A stretch of 64,000 bases of DNA from Octopus vulgaris (lineage: Eukaryota): NCBI GenBank assembly GCA_951406725.2, contig OX597816.1:74462001-74526000 (forward strand), in the 5' to 3' direction. How positions within the stretch are numbered: position 1 is the stretch's first letter; every line of letters starts with the position of its first letter. Both the position numbers and the translations under genes were made by a program. This document shows, one piece after another, positions 28,668-41,441 of the stretch. The notes below the pieces were generated by a model. That model saw nothing but the letters and a program-made list of their open reading frames with translations. It ran no database searches and was not told where the DNA came from.

Positions 28668-28758
28668 TTTTCAGCTGCAATCTCTCGTCTTTTCATTATT
28701 ATTTCTATAACTGTCAGCAATAATAATACACCAAGAATAATTAAACAGAGTACCACAT
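28668..28758 (-). CDS. Coding exon with a transmembrane helix: VVLCLIILGVLLLLTVIEIIMKRREIAAE
   Basis: ttttttttcag-type acceptor, gtaagt donor, 91 nt, phase 1->2; ~20 hydrophobic residues followed by KRR. Confidence 0.6.
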
Positions 28759-28909
28759 CTGAAAAAAATGTTTTTTAAAAATCATATCAAAATAAGAATT
28801 ATCAAATAAACATTAAAATTGATTAGATTTTCGCAATTTGTAAAGTATTCAGATTTACATATAATCTGGGCTATTGGATTATATTGATTTCTTACACAGG
28901 GTCATGACA

Positions 28910-29378
28910 AATAATAATAATAATAATAAAGGTTTCGAATTTTAGCACAAGGCCTGCAGTTTTTTAGGGGAGGAGTAAGTTGATTATTGGGACCCCAGTG
29001 TTCAATTGGTACTTATTTTATAGACCTCAAAAGGAAGAAAGGCAAAGTTGACCTCGGTGGAATTTAAACTCAGAATGTAAAGATGGACAAAATGCAGCTA
29101 AGCCTTTCACTTGGCATGCTAACAATTTTGCCAGCCTGCAACAAATAATAATAATCCTTTCTACTAAAAGCACAAGGCCAGGAATTTTGGAGAAGGGGAC
29201 TAAATTACATCGACCCCAGTGTTTCACTGGTTCTCAATTGACCTCAAAAGGATGAAAGGCAAAGTTGACTTCAGCGGAATTTGAACTCAAAATGTAAAGA
29301 TAGATGAAATGCTGCTAAGCATTTTGCCCAGCACATTAACAATTCTGCCACATCGCTACCTTAATAATAATAATAATA
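28910..29378 (-). mobile_element. Two head-to-tail SINE family B copies, (TTA)n-tailed subfamily, CpG-decayed; two more at 29975-30415
   Basis: Family B core; separated and flanked by (AAT)n. Confidence 0.85.
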
Positions 29379-29972
29379 GGCCTCACCGAGGCAATGACCA
29401 GTGACCGAGAATTTTGGAAATATGCTGTGCTTGAGAAGACCTGGCAAGTCAAATGAGACCATAACCTTGTGGCCTAAGTGAGGGGTATAACCAGCCCACT
29501 TATGTGTACCTTCCCTTCATTGGACACTGCTTGTGAAGACCTGTTGGGCAAGTGAAATCGGAATCAAAATCAAATTCGATGACTGGCATCCTTGCTTGTG
29601 GAGCACCAAGAGCACTATCCGAGCGTGATCGTAGCCAGAGTGGCTACCTGGCGTTGTGCCGGTGGCACATAAAAAGCACCATTCAAGCGTGATCATTACC
29701 AGCATCACCTTACTGGCACTTGTGCTGGTGTGCAGGTGACACGTAAAAAAAAAGCATGATTTTTCCGTGATCGTTGCCAGTACTGCCTGACTGGCCCTCG
29801 TGCCGGTGGCACATAAAAGCACCCACTACACTCTCGGAGTGGTTGGCGTTAGGATCCAGCTGTAGAAACTCTGCCAAATCAAGATTGGAGCCTGGTGCAG
29901 CCATCTGGTTCACCAGTCCTCAGTCAAATCATCCAATCCATGCTAGCATGGAAAGCGGATGTTAAACGATGA
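29379..29972 (+). mobile_element. 5'-truncated RTE LINE: last codons of the ORF and a long 3' UTR with internal tandem repeats
   Basis: GLTEAMTSDREFWKYAVLEK (RTE C-terminal DR..W motif); ends 'catggaaagcggatgttaaacgatga'. Confidence 0.75.
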
Positions 29973-31552
29973 ATAATAATAATAATAATAATAATTCTTT
30001 CTACTATAGGCACAATGCCTGAAATTTTGCGGAGGGGTCATGTTGATTTCATTGACCCCAGTGCTTAACCGATACTTATTTTATTGACCTTGAAAGAATG
30101 AATGTAATAACTGACCTCAGCAGAATTTGAACTCAGAACATAAAGCTAGAAGACATGCTGCTAAACATTGTCTGGCATGCTAACAATTCTGTCAACTCAC
30201 AGCCTTAATTATAATAATAATAATTCTTTCTACTCAAAGCACAAAGTCTGAAATTTTGGATGTTGGGGTTAGTCTTTGACATCAATCCCAGTGCTGAAAT
30301 GGTACATTATTTTAAGGATAAACAGCAAAGTTAACCTTGGCAGAATTTAAATTCACAATATAAAAAGCCGCAACAAATTCCAGAAGGTATTTTGTGAAAC
30401 ATTCTAAGAATTATGCTCCAGAAAGTGTCTCCTCTTTATGGAACATGTGCCCCACATTGAACTTTTTTATTTCTTTAACTACAAGAAAAACGGAGATTAA
30501 ACAGGGCTTACAGATATCTAAGGAATGGGATAAACAAGCAAAAATTATATAAGAACGAGGTTGAAAGATGCTATGCAATACATGGGCTTGTATTTAATTA
30601 AAACAATAATTAATACCACACACACACGGTTGGCATGCAATGTTGTGAAATGAAATTTTCAACCACTTCAAATCTGTTTGGGATATATTTGGCCCAACAT
30701 ATTTGAACTGGTCAAAAAGCTTGTTTATTTCATTACTTTACTTTGCATGTCAACCATTTATCTTGTTCTGGCCTGACAGTCACAGCACATATCCCATGGA
30801 TAATTTCTAGTGATTTCTAATAAGCTAGTGAAAGCCTCCTGTCATTTTGGAGTTGTGCTCTCATCAGCATTAGATACCAAACCGGACCAGTAACTTGAAA
30901 TGCATATATTAGACCGTATGTGAGTGCTATGAAATGACTAACATTTTTCATATTTTGCCTAAAGCAGGGAATTTTCCCCATGGTGAATCACAGTGAAAAT
31001 GGCATTTTTACAGATCAAATATATCCCGAACATATTTGAGTTAACCAAAAAATTATTATATATATATATATATATAATACATACACAGACACACACATTG
31101 CACCAATTATATGCATCCTTTCTACAACACCTATTTGCATCCTCCTTATATTATTTCAAGCTGTTGAATCCAGAATGTTCCATGATGTCTTTAGTCACTC
31201 ATAGAAATTCATAGAGTTCTTTAGTCATTCATGTGAAAAAAAGAACCCATATCTTGTGAATCACTGAGTTGTAACATGTGGTGAACATCCATAGAACACT
31301 TGATTGAAATTCAGATTTTATTACATTTCTTTGTACGCTGGTCCTAGCTCTTTACCGGCTCTATTTTCCGAATCCATATCTTACTGAGGTCTACTTTGCC
31401 TTCCTTCCCTCCATGTTAATAAAATAAAATACTAATCAAGTACTGGAATTGTCCCTCCCCTTGAACAGGAAACGTCCCAGATCAAATATATCCTGAACAT
31501 ATTTGAGGTAACCAAAAAATTATTATATAGATAGATAGACACATTGCACCTA

Positions 31553-31962
31553 TAGGCATAGGAGTGGCTGTGTGGTAAGTAGCTTGCTTACGAACCACAT
31601 GGTTCCTGGTTCAGTCCCATTGCATGGCACCTTGAGCAAGTGTTTTCTACTATAGCCTTGGGCCGACCAAAGCCTTGTGAGTGGATTTGGTAGACGGAAA
31701 CTGAAAGAAGCCCGTCATATGTGTGTGTGTGTGTGTGTGTGTTTGTGTATATGTTTGTGTGTCTGTGTTTGTCCTCCTAACATTGCTTGACAACCGATGC
31801 TGGTGTGTTTACGTTCCTGTAACTTAGCAGTTCAGCAAAAGAGACCGATAGAATAAGTCCTAGGCTTACAAAGAATAAACCCTAGGATCGATTTGCTTGA
31901 CTAAAGGTGATGCTCCAGCATGGCCACAGTCAAATGACTGAAACAAATAAAAGAGTAAAAGA
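31553..31962 (+). mobile_element. SINE family A
   Basis: Full head-to-tail match to the family. Confidence 0.9.
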
Positions 31963-32321
31963 AAAAAAGAGACAATAGCAAAGGGGTTCTCATTTGTCTT
32001 GCCTGGCAGTGTTAGTGTATCCTTTATGAAGAATATTATGCAAACTAGTTGGATACCGTAAAACAGACAATAGTGGGTGCCATTTTATGAGTTTAATAAA
32101 ACCAACAATTTGTAAGTGTTTATTATATTTGGAAGTCAGGACTTCCAAACAGTATAATTGACAAAGTTTTTCTGTTAATATATATTTACTAGGTTTGAAG
32201 GTACATGAAGAGAAGCTAATTTTGATTACTTCAAAATTCCTCTATTTTTATAAATCTCACATACCTCTATGATGTCTTTTGCATGTCCTGAGAGTTATCT
32301 GTAACCCAGTTTGAGACTTAC

Positions 32322-32365
32322 TGCAGCAGTATCTTACAGTAGATTGTTGTTGTTGTTGTACAGGG
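32322..32365 (-). CDS. Candidate coding exon PVQQQQQSTVRYCC
   Basis: tattttcacag acceptor, gtaagt donor, phase 2->1; joins 34323-34356 to the TM exon in frame. Confidence 0.45.
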
Positions 32366-32851
32366 CTGTGAAAATAATTTTATTCAGGGAGAAGGGCTCT
32401 TTACTTGTCACCATTGGAGATGATCCCTTTCATGAAATAGATATTAGCTTCCTGTTATTGGAGAAGGATTACTCTTTTATTGGAGAGTATCTCTTCATCA
32501 CAAGAAGTGTACCCCCTCCAATCTTTTAATTGCCTATTTTAAATTTAGTGTGTGTGTGTGTTTGTTTTTTTTTCTGTTTTTATGACAATTTGCCAATCCT
32601 TTCTGGCCTTTGTCTGGTCTCCATCCTCATATAGTAATGTTGCTGTATGTGACTCTTTCTTTCCATTGCCACCCCAACATGACTGGCACTTTATTTTATC
32701 AGTCCCAAAATGATAAAAAGCAAAGTTGACCTCAACAGGAGTTGAACTCAGAACTTAAAGAACAAGAACAAATACCACCAACCATTTTGCCAGATGCTCT
32801 AATGATTCTGCCAATCTACTTATAGAATATTGAAAAGAGAACATAGAAATA

Positions 32852-33247
32852 TCTTTATATATAAAAGTGAAGTTGTGTGTCTGTCTCCTACGATTTAGAT
32901 TCCTAACTACTCCCACATTTTGCGGTGCAGTGTAACCAAAAGTGGGTATCTTATAGTCGTGATTCATATCGAGCCCTTCTGGGTATTAGCGTGCATCTAC
33001 AATGAGTCTACGATTTAAAAAGAATTTACCATCATTTTTTCCCATTTTTAATGCATTTTTTTTTTGCTATTATATAAGGGAAGTAACTCTCTAAAAATGT
33101 ATTTTAAATCTCAGAACGTAAAAAGCTACAGTAACACCCCCCTTTGTGGTTAGCCATATTGAGATGGCTATTATACTTTATATCTCTAAAAATGCTTATA
33201 TAGTTATTTCCCTTACAAACCTGAGCAACGCTGGGGGATACTGCTAG
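32852..33247 (+). mobile_element. Non-autonomous Helitron
   Basis: A|TC 5' end, subterminal GC hairpin (cctgagcaacgctggg), CTAG|T 3' end, no TSD. Confidence 0.8.
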
Positions 33248-34322
33248 TCTGAATATAAACTTCTAACTTTCCATTCACAAATATGAAGAGAGGAGAATGA
33301 ACTGATTTTGTTCAGCTTAAATCCAGTTGATCTACAATTTGTAAATTGCTTGTCATAAAAACATTCTTATAAATAGTTTTTCTTGCCTGTTTGATTAATT
33401 TATAAATTGTTTTGTACACAAAAAAAGTATCTTGAAACTCATTGTTTAAATTGGGCATTGAAAGTTGCCATCACCAAGTTTAGTTAGTTGAGCTTTACAA
33501 CTAGTAAGACAATTGGCTTTATGCCCAACTAATGAAGATACCAGGAGAAACCCTACTGTTAATCCGTTGTTCTTGCTTTGTAGTTGGGATGTCAATGGCC
33601 AAAAAGAAATGTTTTGTTAAAATACTAACTTGACTGGTATGCAGATGTTTATTGGCACTAATCTATGGATATTTTGGTGAAACAAGATTGAAAAAATGGC
33701 ATGGATGATAGACAATCACGTTAAGGATGTCAGGAACTGAAACTTGTTAGTTTAGCTCCAGGACTGTTTTGATGAAACAGATATATGATATTGCAGCTGT
33801 GAACATCTTTTGCTCAGGTAGAGTATATGCAACAAAACCTCCATAAACTAGAAACTCTTAAGCAAGTAAAACCTTTACTAGAATGTGATTTCTTATGATG
33901 GGCAATTGCACAATACCAATGTACGGTATAATATATGCAAAAAAAAAAAAAACCCATTAAAAACTAAGAAACCAAGAGCTTTTAAATAAGTTTAAACCTA
34001 TGGAAATTAGAATTTCAATGAAGAATAATTTAGCACCTCAACAAGATACAAATAAGCATATCAAATGTATATATCTATCATCAGCTGTGTAATGGATATC
34101 GTTATGGTTTCAACACATGGGCAAGACTGTTCAACATATTCAGTATGCTCTTCTGTTTTTCTTAAGACAATAGGGTATGGTTTGTAGAGTATTTTCAGTC
34201 ATTTGTAACACATCAAACAATGTTACCATAGTCACACCTTTTGGCTTGCTGAACTATATCAGAATAAGGCAAGCATTGTCACAACAAAGACTCACAAGAA
34301 TGACAGACGTGGTTTGCCTCAC

Positions 34323-34356
34323 TTGAGGTTGTCAATGCCATGTACCCACATGTCAT
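34323..34356 (-). CDS. Candidate coding exon (D)DMWVHGIDNL
   Basis: ttttttctaagcag acceptor, gtgagg donor, phase 1->2. Confidence 0.4.
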
Positions 34357-35127
34357 CTGCTTAGAAAAAATTTGTGCTTCAGTATTTAGGAAAAAGTGAA
34401 TATATACACAGGTATTGTGGAATGCTTGCTGGTTTGGGGAAAAATAAAAAACAACTCAGCAAACACAATTGAATCAGCATTAAATTAAAATAGACATCTG
34501 TGTATCATGCTAAATGTGTATACACCACTGAAAAGCCTGTAATGTAGTATTTGTCTAAGAGAAAAATCTATTCATACGCATGTGTTACAAACACTATCAG
34601 GATGAGATGATTGCTGTGTATTCAAGCAAACACACACTTATATATATATATACACACACACACACGTTCATACATACATGCAACAGGCTTTCAGTTTCTT
34701 TCTAAATCGACTCACAAGGCTGTGATAGAAGACATTTGCCAAGGTGTTGCACAGTGGGGCTGAACCAATCCAAGACCTTATGGTGGGGAAGCAAGCTTCT
34801 TAACCATACAACCATGCCTGTATCATCATCATTTAATGTCCACTTTCCATATATATATAATCTGTATGTATATATGCTTCGAGACAGACATATGTACCTA
34901 TAAATGGGGGAGAGTGACAGAGGCCAAGAGAGCAATCAATCAATAAGAATAATTATTGTACCATAGTCACTCAAATTGTTCTCATGTTTAAGAGAACAAT
35001 TAAGTGATAGGATTATTCAAAATTGAATTGTAGCTATTACGCATGTTTGCAGGTGTATGCATGAATGCTTTTACTGGCACAGAATTCAAACTGATCTCTT
35101 AAAGTAGCAAGACCATTTTGTTTAAAT

Positions 35128-35760
35128 TGTGCTTGAGAAGAACCCGGCAAGCCAAGTGTGACCATAACCCGTGGCCTATGTCAGGTGTGTAACCAGCCCA
35201 CTTATGTATACCTTTCCTTCATTGGACACTAAACTCTGCTTGCAAAGACCTGTTGAGGCAAGTGAAATCGAAATCAAATTCAATGACTGGCAACCGTGCT
35301 AGTGGAGCGCTAAGAGCACCATCCGAACGCGATCATTACCAGAGCAGCTAACTGGCTTCCATGCCAGTGGCACATAAAAAGCACCATTCGAGCATGATCG
35401 TTACCTGCATCACCTTACTGGCACTTGTGCTGGTGGCACGTGAAAAAACATTCGAGCGAGGTCATTGCCAGTGCTGCTGGACTGGCTCCTGTGCAGATGG
35501 CATGTAAAAAACACCATTTGAGCATGGCTGTTGCCAGTACCGCCTGACTGGCCTTCATGCTAGTGGCAAGTAAAAGCACACACAACACTTTCGGAGTGGT
35601 TGGTGTTAGGAAGGGCATCCAGCTGTAGAAACTCTGCAAGATCAAGATTGGAGCCTGGTGCAGTCATCTGGTTCGCCAGTCCTCAGTCAAATCGTCCAAC
35701 CCATGCTAGCATGGAAAGCGGGCGTTATACGATGATGATGAAGATGATGATTATGATGAT
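35128..35760 (+). mobile_element. 5'-truncated RTE LINE 3' end with (GAT)n tail
   Basis: Collinear with 29405-29972. Confidence 0.8.
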
Positions 35761-36026
35761 AACAAGACATTTCCTAAGATTTATAAATATATGTACTGAA
35801 TACTTACAGAGTTATCTGAAGAAGGACAAATTGGGTAAACTTAAAAGTTAGAAGAGAGTCATAAAGCTATTTAGCAAGAGACCAGAAAAATTTTATTGCA
35901 GTTTAAGAAGCAGGATGCTATGTGAAGCACACATGCTATTAAAATTTGTTAATGTAAAATTGATGGAGCCCTGACTTGAGAATTCCAGAATTTTCTGGGA
36001 ACAGGAGTTGTACAGTGCAAAATGAT

Positions 36027-36179
36027 TTACTCTTTTACTTGTTTCATTCATTTGACTTTTTAGTTGAGCAAATCGAACCCAGAACTTATTCTTTGTAAGC
36101 CTAGTACTTATTCTATCGGTCTCTTTTATTGAACCGCTAAGTTAAGCGATGTCGGGGGGATAAACACAGACACACAAAC

Positions 36180-36234
<55 letters not shown>

Positions 36235-36410
36235 CACACACATATATATGACGGGCTTCTTTCAGTTTCTGTCTACCAAATCCACTCACAAGGCTTTACT
36301 CAGCCCGAGGCTATAGTAGAAGACACTTGCCCAAGATGCCACGCAGTAGGACTGAACCCGGAACCATGTGGTTCGTAAGCAAGCTACTTTCCACACAGCC
36401 ACTCCCACGC
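36027..36410 (-). mobile_element. SINE family A (internally deleted)
   Basis: Family consensus. Confidence 0.85.
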
Positions 36411-37794
36411 TTATGATTTAGTCATGATTTAGTTAGTAGTATTGGGTTTTTCTGATAGAAGCAAAAATGGTGATGCCTCACTAAAGTTTGGATGTAGGAA
36501 AGTGATCAAAGGAGGTTAATGGATGTAGACATATTCAGAATGACAAACAATTCAGACACTTAACCACCACCAATAGATTAAGTGTTGAGTTCAAAGAAGG
36601 TGACAAAACCTGCACTGCACTGCATAACATAACATTAATTTCTTAGTCTGTAATACATTTTTAAACTGTTAGCATAAGGTGATGATAAATATAGTTGTAT
36701 GAGGAATCCCATTCAAAACTTATATCTTCCTCTCTCAACAGACACCAAATATTTGCATTCTATGACATTGCAGTGTTCTCTCTTCTTTTCTCATGCTGCT
36801 TTAGCAAGTCTTGGAATGTTTTGGAAAGACTTGGAATGTTTTCTCTAATAACAACAACAACAACAACACCGATAATAATAGGTCTGCTAAAGAAATCAAG
36901 TCTAATAACTATATAATGTTTAAATAAATAAATAAATATATATATATATTTCGGAGATGTACTTGCATAGCAAGTGATTTGATCTGAGATCGTGTGCTGG
37001 AACGAAAACAATTGCAGCGTCACGGATTTTTGTCAGTGAACAGGTCGCGGTCGTATAGTGTCGAAAATATTTTGACAAATTAAACTTAAATGTTGAAGTG
37101 AATCGAACGGCTTTTGTGTGTTTCTTAAATGGCTTACAAACACCTTCCACGCTGCAATTGTTTATATATATATAATTGAAAAATAGGATAAAATCTTTAT
37201 AAGAAATTTTCCAGTAGTTAGTGTGAAAAACCTCATAAGGGAAAAATTTATTGATTATTCCCTTTAAATATATTTATTTATATTAAGGGCATTACTATAC
37301 ATAAATGCCTCATGCTAGGAGGGACTTTAAGTGTCCCTCCCAGTGTGAGGCATTTATATATAGTAATGTCCTTAATATAAATATATAAATATATATATAT
37401 ATAATTATATATAAAGATGATAAGCAAAATTCTCAAAATATTTTTTTTTTAAATGATAAAAAAAGGAAGGAGAAGAATTAGAATTCTGTCACTTTCTTTA
37501 AAAAAATTTTGTTTGTTCAGCTTCACCGTTAGAATGAACAAGCTTCAGAACTGCATGCCAGAAGTTTTTTTACTCCTCTTTTTTGTGAAATAAAATTTCT
37601 GTATAATATATGGTAACTTTATAATCTGCACAATATCTCCTCTTACTAGAAATATTTTCTTCATGATAAAAATAAATAAATATAGCTGTTTTCTAATGTT
37701 TTCTAATTTTTTTCATATGAATAAAGAGTCAAAATATTTACAAATCTTCTTTATAAGAAAAAAAAACCATTGAAATAACAGAAATATAGAAGTA

Positions 37795-38012
37795 TATGGG
37801 TTTCAAATTTTGGCACAAGGCCAGCAATTTCGGAGGATGGTGTAACTCATTTACATCGACCCCAGTGCCCAACTGGTAGTTAATTTTATTGACCCTGAAA
37901 GGATGAAAAGCAAAGTTGACCTTGGTGGAATTTGAACTCCAAGCATGAAAACAGATAAAATGCCACTAAGCATTTTGCCTGGCATGCTAACTAGTCTATC
38001 AGCTTGCCACCT
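37795..38012 (-). mobile_element. SINE family B, CpG-decayed (another copy on + at ~38435-38630)
   Basis: Family B core. Confidence 0.8.
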
Positions 38013-38691
38013 TGTGAATATAGAAGTAGTATATTGGTATGAGGTTGGTACTGTTTGGGTGGGCTTGAACTGGTAATTAGCCTGATTGTTTCTCCTATTC
38101 CATTCCCCCACATGCACACATCATAAAAGATGGAGTCAAATGTCTCTTTTTGCATTCCTTCTTTCTATCATACTGAAGGAATGCAGAAGGGGAAAAAAAC
38201 AGTAGCTGAAAGGAAAATGAATGGTAAAAACAGTAAAAGGGGGAAAAAAATGATAGAAGGAAAACGAATTATGTACAAAGGAGATTACAGATAAATAGAT
38301 AGGTGGAAGACTACAGAACTGGTAGAATCACGTCTGCAGATGTGGGTTTGTTCTCCAAAGGCAGCCTTCAACTATTTCCAGTCAAAAAGGGTTTTTAACA
38401 ACCCAATATTTACATGCTATTATTTACAGCTTTAAAGGCGGTGAGCTGGCAGAAACGTTAGCACGCTGGGCAAAATGCATTTCGTCTGTTCTTAAGTTCC
38501 GTGTTCAAATTCCGCCGAGGCCGACTACACCTTTTCTCAGTTTTGGGGTCAGTGTAATTGATTTGTCCCTCTTCCCCACCCACACCACCACCAAATTTCA
38601 AGCCTTTTGCCTATAATAGAAAGTATTATTTATAGGTGTATATGCTTTGAGATCCACTTTGAATTATTTAATGTTCTCTCTAAAGTTTGTG

Positions 38692-39003
38692 AAGGCACAT
38701 GGCTCAGTGGTTAGAGCATCGAGCTTACAATCGTGAGGTTGTGAGTTCAAATCCTGGACTAGGCTACGTGTTGTGTTCTTGAGCAAGACACTTTATTTCA
38801 CGTTGCTCCAGTTCACTCAGCTGTAGAAATGAGTTGCGACGTCACTAGTGCCAAGCTGTATCGGCCTTTGCCTTTCCCTTGGATAACACTCGTGGCATGA
38901 CGAGGGGAGGCCGATATGCATGGGCGACTGCTGGCCTTCCATAAACAAACTTGCCTGGACTTGTGTCTGAAAGGTAACTTTTTAGGTGCAATCCCATGGT
39001 CAG
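38692..39003 (+). mobile_element. tRNA-derived SINE family C
   Basis: tggctcagtggttagagc...gagttcaaatcc A/B boxes, family C body. Confidence 0.8.
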
Positions 39004-39360
39004 TCAGTGCAATCCCATGCTCGCTTGTATTTCACCAACCCACCATTTTGGAGGCCTTCTGTGTGGGCTCTTCCAGTTGCACAGATACCATTCGACAGCT
39101 GCGTGAGTCCACTGATAGTCAGTGAACCAAGCGATGTGTCCAGTCCATCTGAACTTCAGCCTCTGTATTCGGTGATAATGTCTCTCATGCCAGATTTCTC
39201 TCTGCCTGCTTCGCTTTGGATGTACTCTTTCAGCGACACTCCCTGCATTGATTTTTATATAACTCTTTGGGTAGTTACCAGCCTCTGTTCTTCGTTGTGG
39301 CCTAGTTTCGCTTCTGTACAAAATTACAGGTAAAATCATGCCATTGAAGAGTCGAAAGCC
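39004..39360 (-). mobile_element. Degenerate RTE LINE C-terminal fragment
   Basis: 'ILPVILY.SET', 'KFRWTGHIA', 'RRPPKWW..EI'. Confidence 0.75.
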
Positions 39361-39403
39361 GCTTTGCTGTACAAGAAAGGAGATAGCGAAGATCTGTACA
39401 AGT

Positions 39404-39620
39404 TACTCTTTTCTTTTTACTTGTTTCAGTCATTTGACTGCGGCCATGCTGGAGCACCGCCTTTAATCGAGCAAATCGAACCCAGGACTTGTCTTTTGGA
39501 AGCCTAGTACTTATTCTATCTGTCTCTTTTGCTGAACCGCTAAGTTACGGGGACGTGAATACACCAGCATTGGTTGTCAAGCGATGTTGGGGGGGGGGGG
39601 ACACACACACACAAACACAG

Positions 39621-39678
<58 letters not shown>

Positions 39679-39818
39679 GACGGGCTTCCTTCAGTTTCTG
39701 TCTACCAAATCCACTCACAAGGCTTTGCTCAGCCCGAGGCTATAGTAGAAGACACTTGCCCAAGGGACTGAACCTGGAACCATGTGGTTCGTAAGCAAGC
39801 TACTTACCACACAGACAT
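39404..39818 (-). mobile_element. SINE family A
   Basis: Family consensus. Confidence 0.9.
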
Positions 39819-40594
39819 TCTTGAAGATGGTCCACTTTCTTTCAATGTCCGTATCGTATCTGATGTTGCATGTTTTTTGTTTTAAAAACATGCAACATCC
39901 GTGTCAAATATTACACATAGCACACAAACCTCATTGTTTTAGTTACGCGAATTTATGAGAATCCCCGTGAACGAAGCGAGACTGTTTTCCAAAATTGAGG
40001 TGAGCACTTTCTCCATGTGATCAGATTGAAAAATTAAGACACCAGGATATTTTCCTGCTTTTCTTAACATGAAACAAATGGTAGCCTTAATTCACAAATA
40101 AAGAAATTATATTGAGCACTCATTTCCATCGTTTTACATTATATATATCTATCAATATACATGCACACACACACACACACATACCGGGATGAGCAAAAGT
40201 AGGGATACAGTTGTTTAATATGAATGGATTGTTATTTTCATTTCATATCCTAAACAAGAAATTGAGAAATGAAAAGAACATTCTACTCATTAAGCATAAA
40301 GAGGGAGATAGAGAAACACAGAATGTGAGTAAGTGAGAGGAAAAGGAGAGAAACTTGCGTAAGATATTGAACTTCGTTAGTGGTACCGATGAGAAATGAA
40401 AAGTGGAAGTAGATTTTGGTTGACTGATCAAAGAGAAGATGCCTAATGTAGCTAGACAGAGCCAAAAAAGAGGAAATAATGATGTGAGTGGATCAATGAA
40501 TATGTTTAAGGAAAGGAAGGAGTAAGAGCATAAAAGTAACGAAATGAAGAGGGAAGTTTTCATGTAAACAACAGGTAAATAACTGCAAGTCATT

Positions 40595-40899
40595 TTAGTT
40601 TTATTTATGCGTCCTTTTCAAGCCTAGCCAGGCTCATGGGCCCGGTTTCCCGGTTTCTGTGACGTATGTGTTCCCCCCAGCTGGACGGGACGCCAGTCCA
40701 TCGCAGCGTTACTCAAGAAAGAGTGAGAGAAAGTTGGGGCGAAAGAGTACAACAGGGGTCGCCACCACCCGCTGCCGGAGCCTCGTGGAGCTTTAGGTGT
40801 TTTCACTCAATAAACACATACAACGGCCGGTCTGGGAATCGAAACCGCGATCCTCTGACCGCGAGTCCGCTGTCCTAACCACTGGGCTATTGCGCCTCC
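40595..40899 (-). mobile_element. tRNA(Arg)-like SINE with a V-domain-like core (family D)
   Basis: ggaggcgcaatagcccagtggttagg...ctcgcg...gtttcgattccc head; 'gcgatggactggcgtcccgtccag' resembles the V-SINE domain (recalled). Confidence 0.75.
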
Positions 40900-41441
40900 A
40901 ACGGTAAGTCATACAGACGAAGAAATTCTCAGTTGTAAAAAAACTGCTCGACTTCGAACTGCAGAAATACGATGATGATTATCACAAGAAGTCAACAGGC
41001 GATGAGAATTGGAGAGAAGTACTGCAGAATGGCAAGAAGACACTCTAGAAGAAATACAAGCAAGGCTTTCAACCCCCATCTGTGATACACACGCACAGAT
41101 ATACATGTACACAATTACACGAATTTAAAATTAGCCTTCCCCCACTATCCGCCATCCTCCACCCCGTCTCCAGTCTTAACCCACAACTAAATACGCCCCA
41201 TTCCGAGGTGCTCTTTTGCTCCTATTCCAAATGGCATAACTCCAAAGCACTAAAAAGGTTTTCTTCCTGGTTTTGATATGGGCGTTTTTGTTCCGTTTAT
41301 TATTATTATTACAACAGCCGTAATGCCCGCATACCCCACGCTGCACTGTTCCTTTCACCCTTTTCTGACGGTCGTCTATATAATTTCAAATCTTTTGGTA
41401 AAGTGGCCAATATGAGAATATTGTAATTATTATTATCATCA

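Noticed and set aside
38692-38770. tRNA-like sequences at SINE heads (also ~40830-40899, ~43896-43970)
   Set aside because: No complete cloverleaf or acceptor stem, and they continue into SINE bodies
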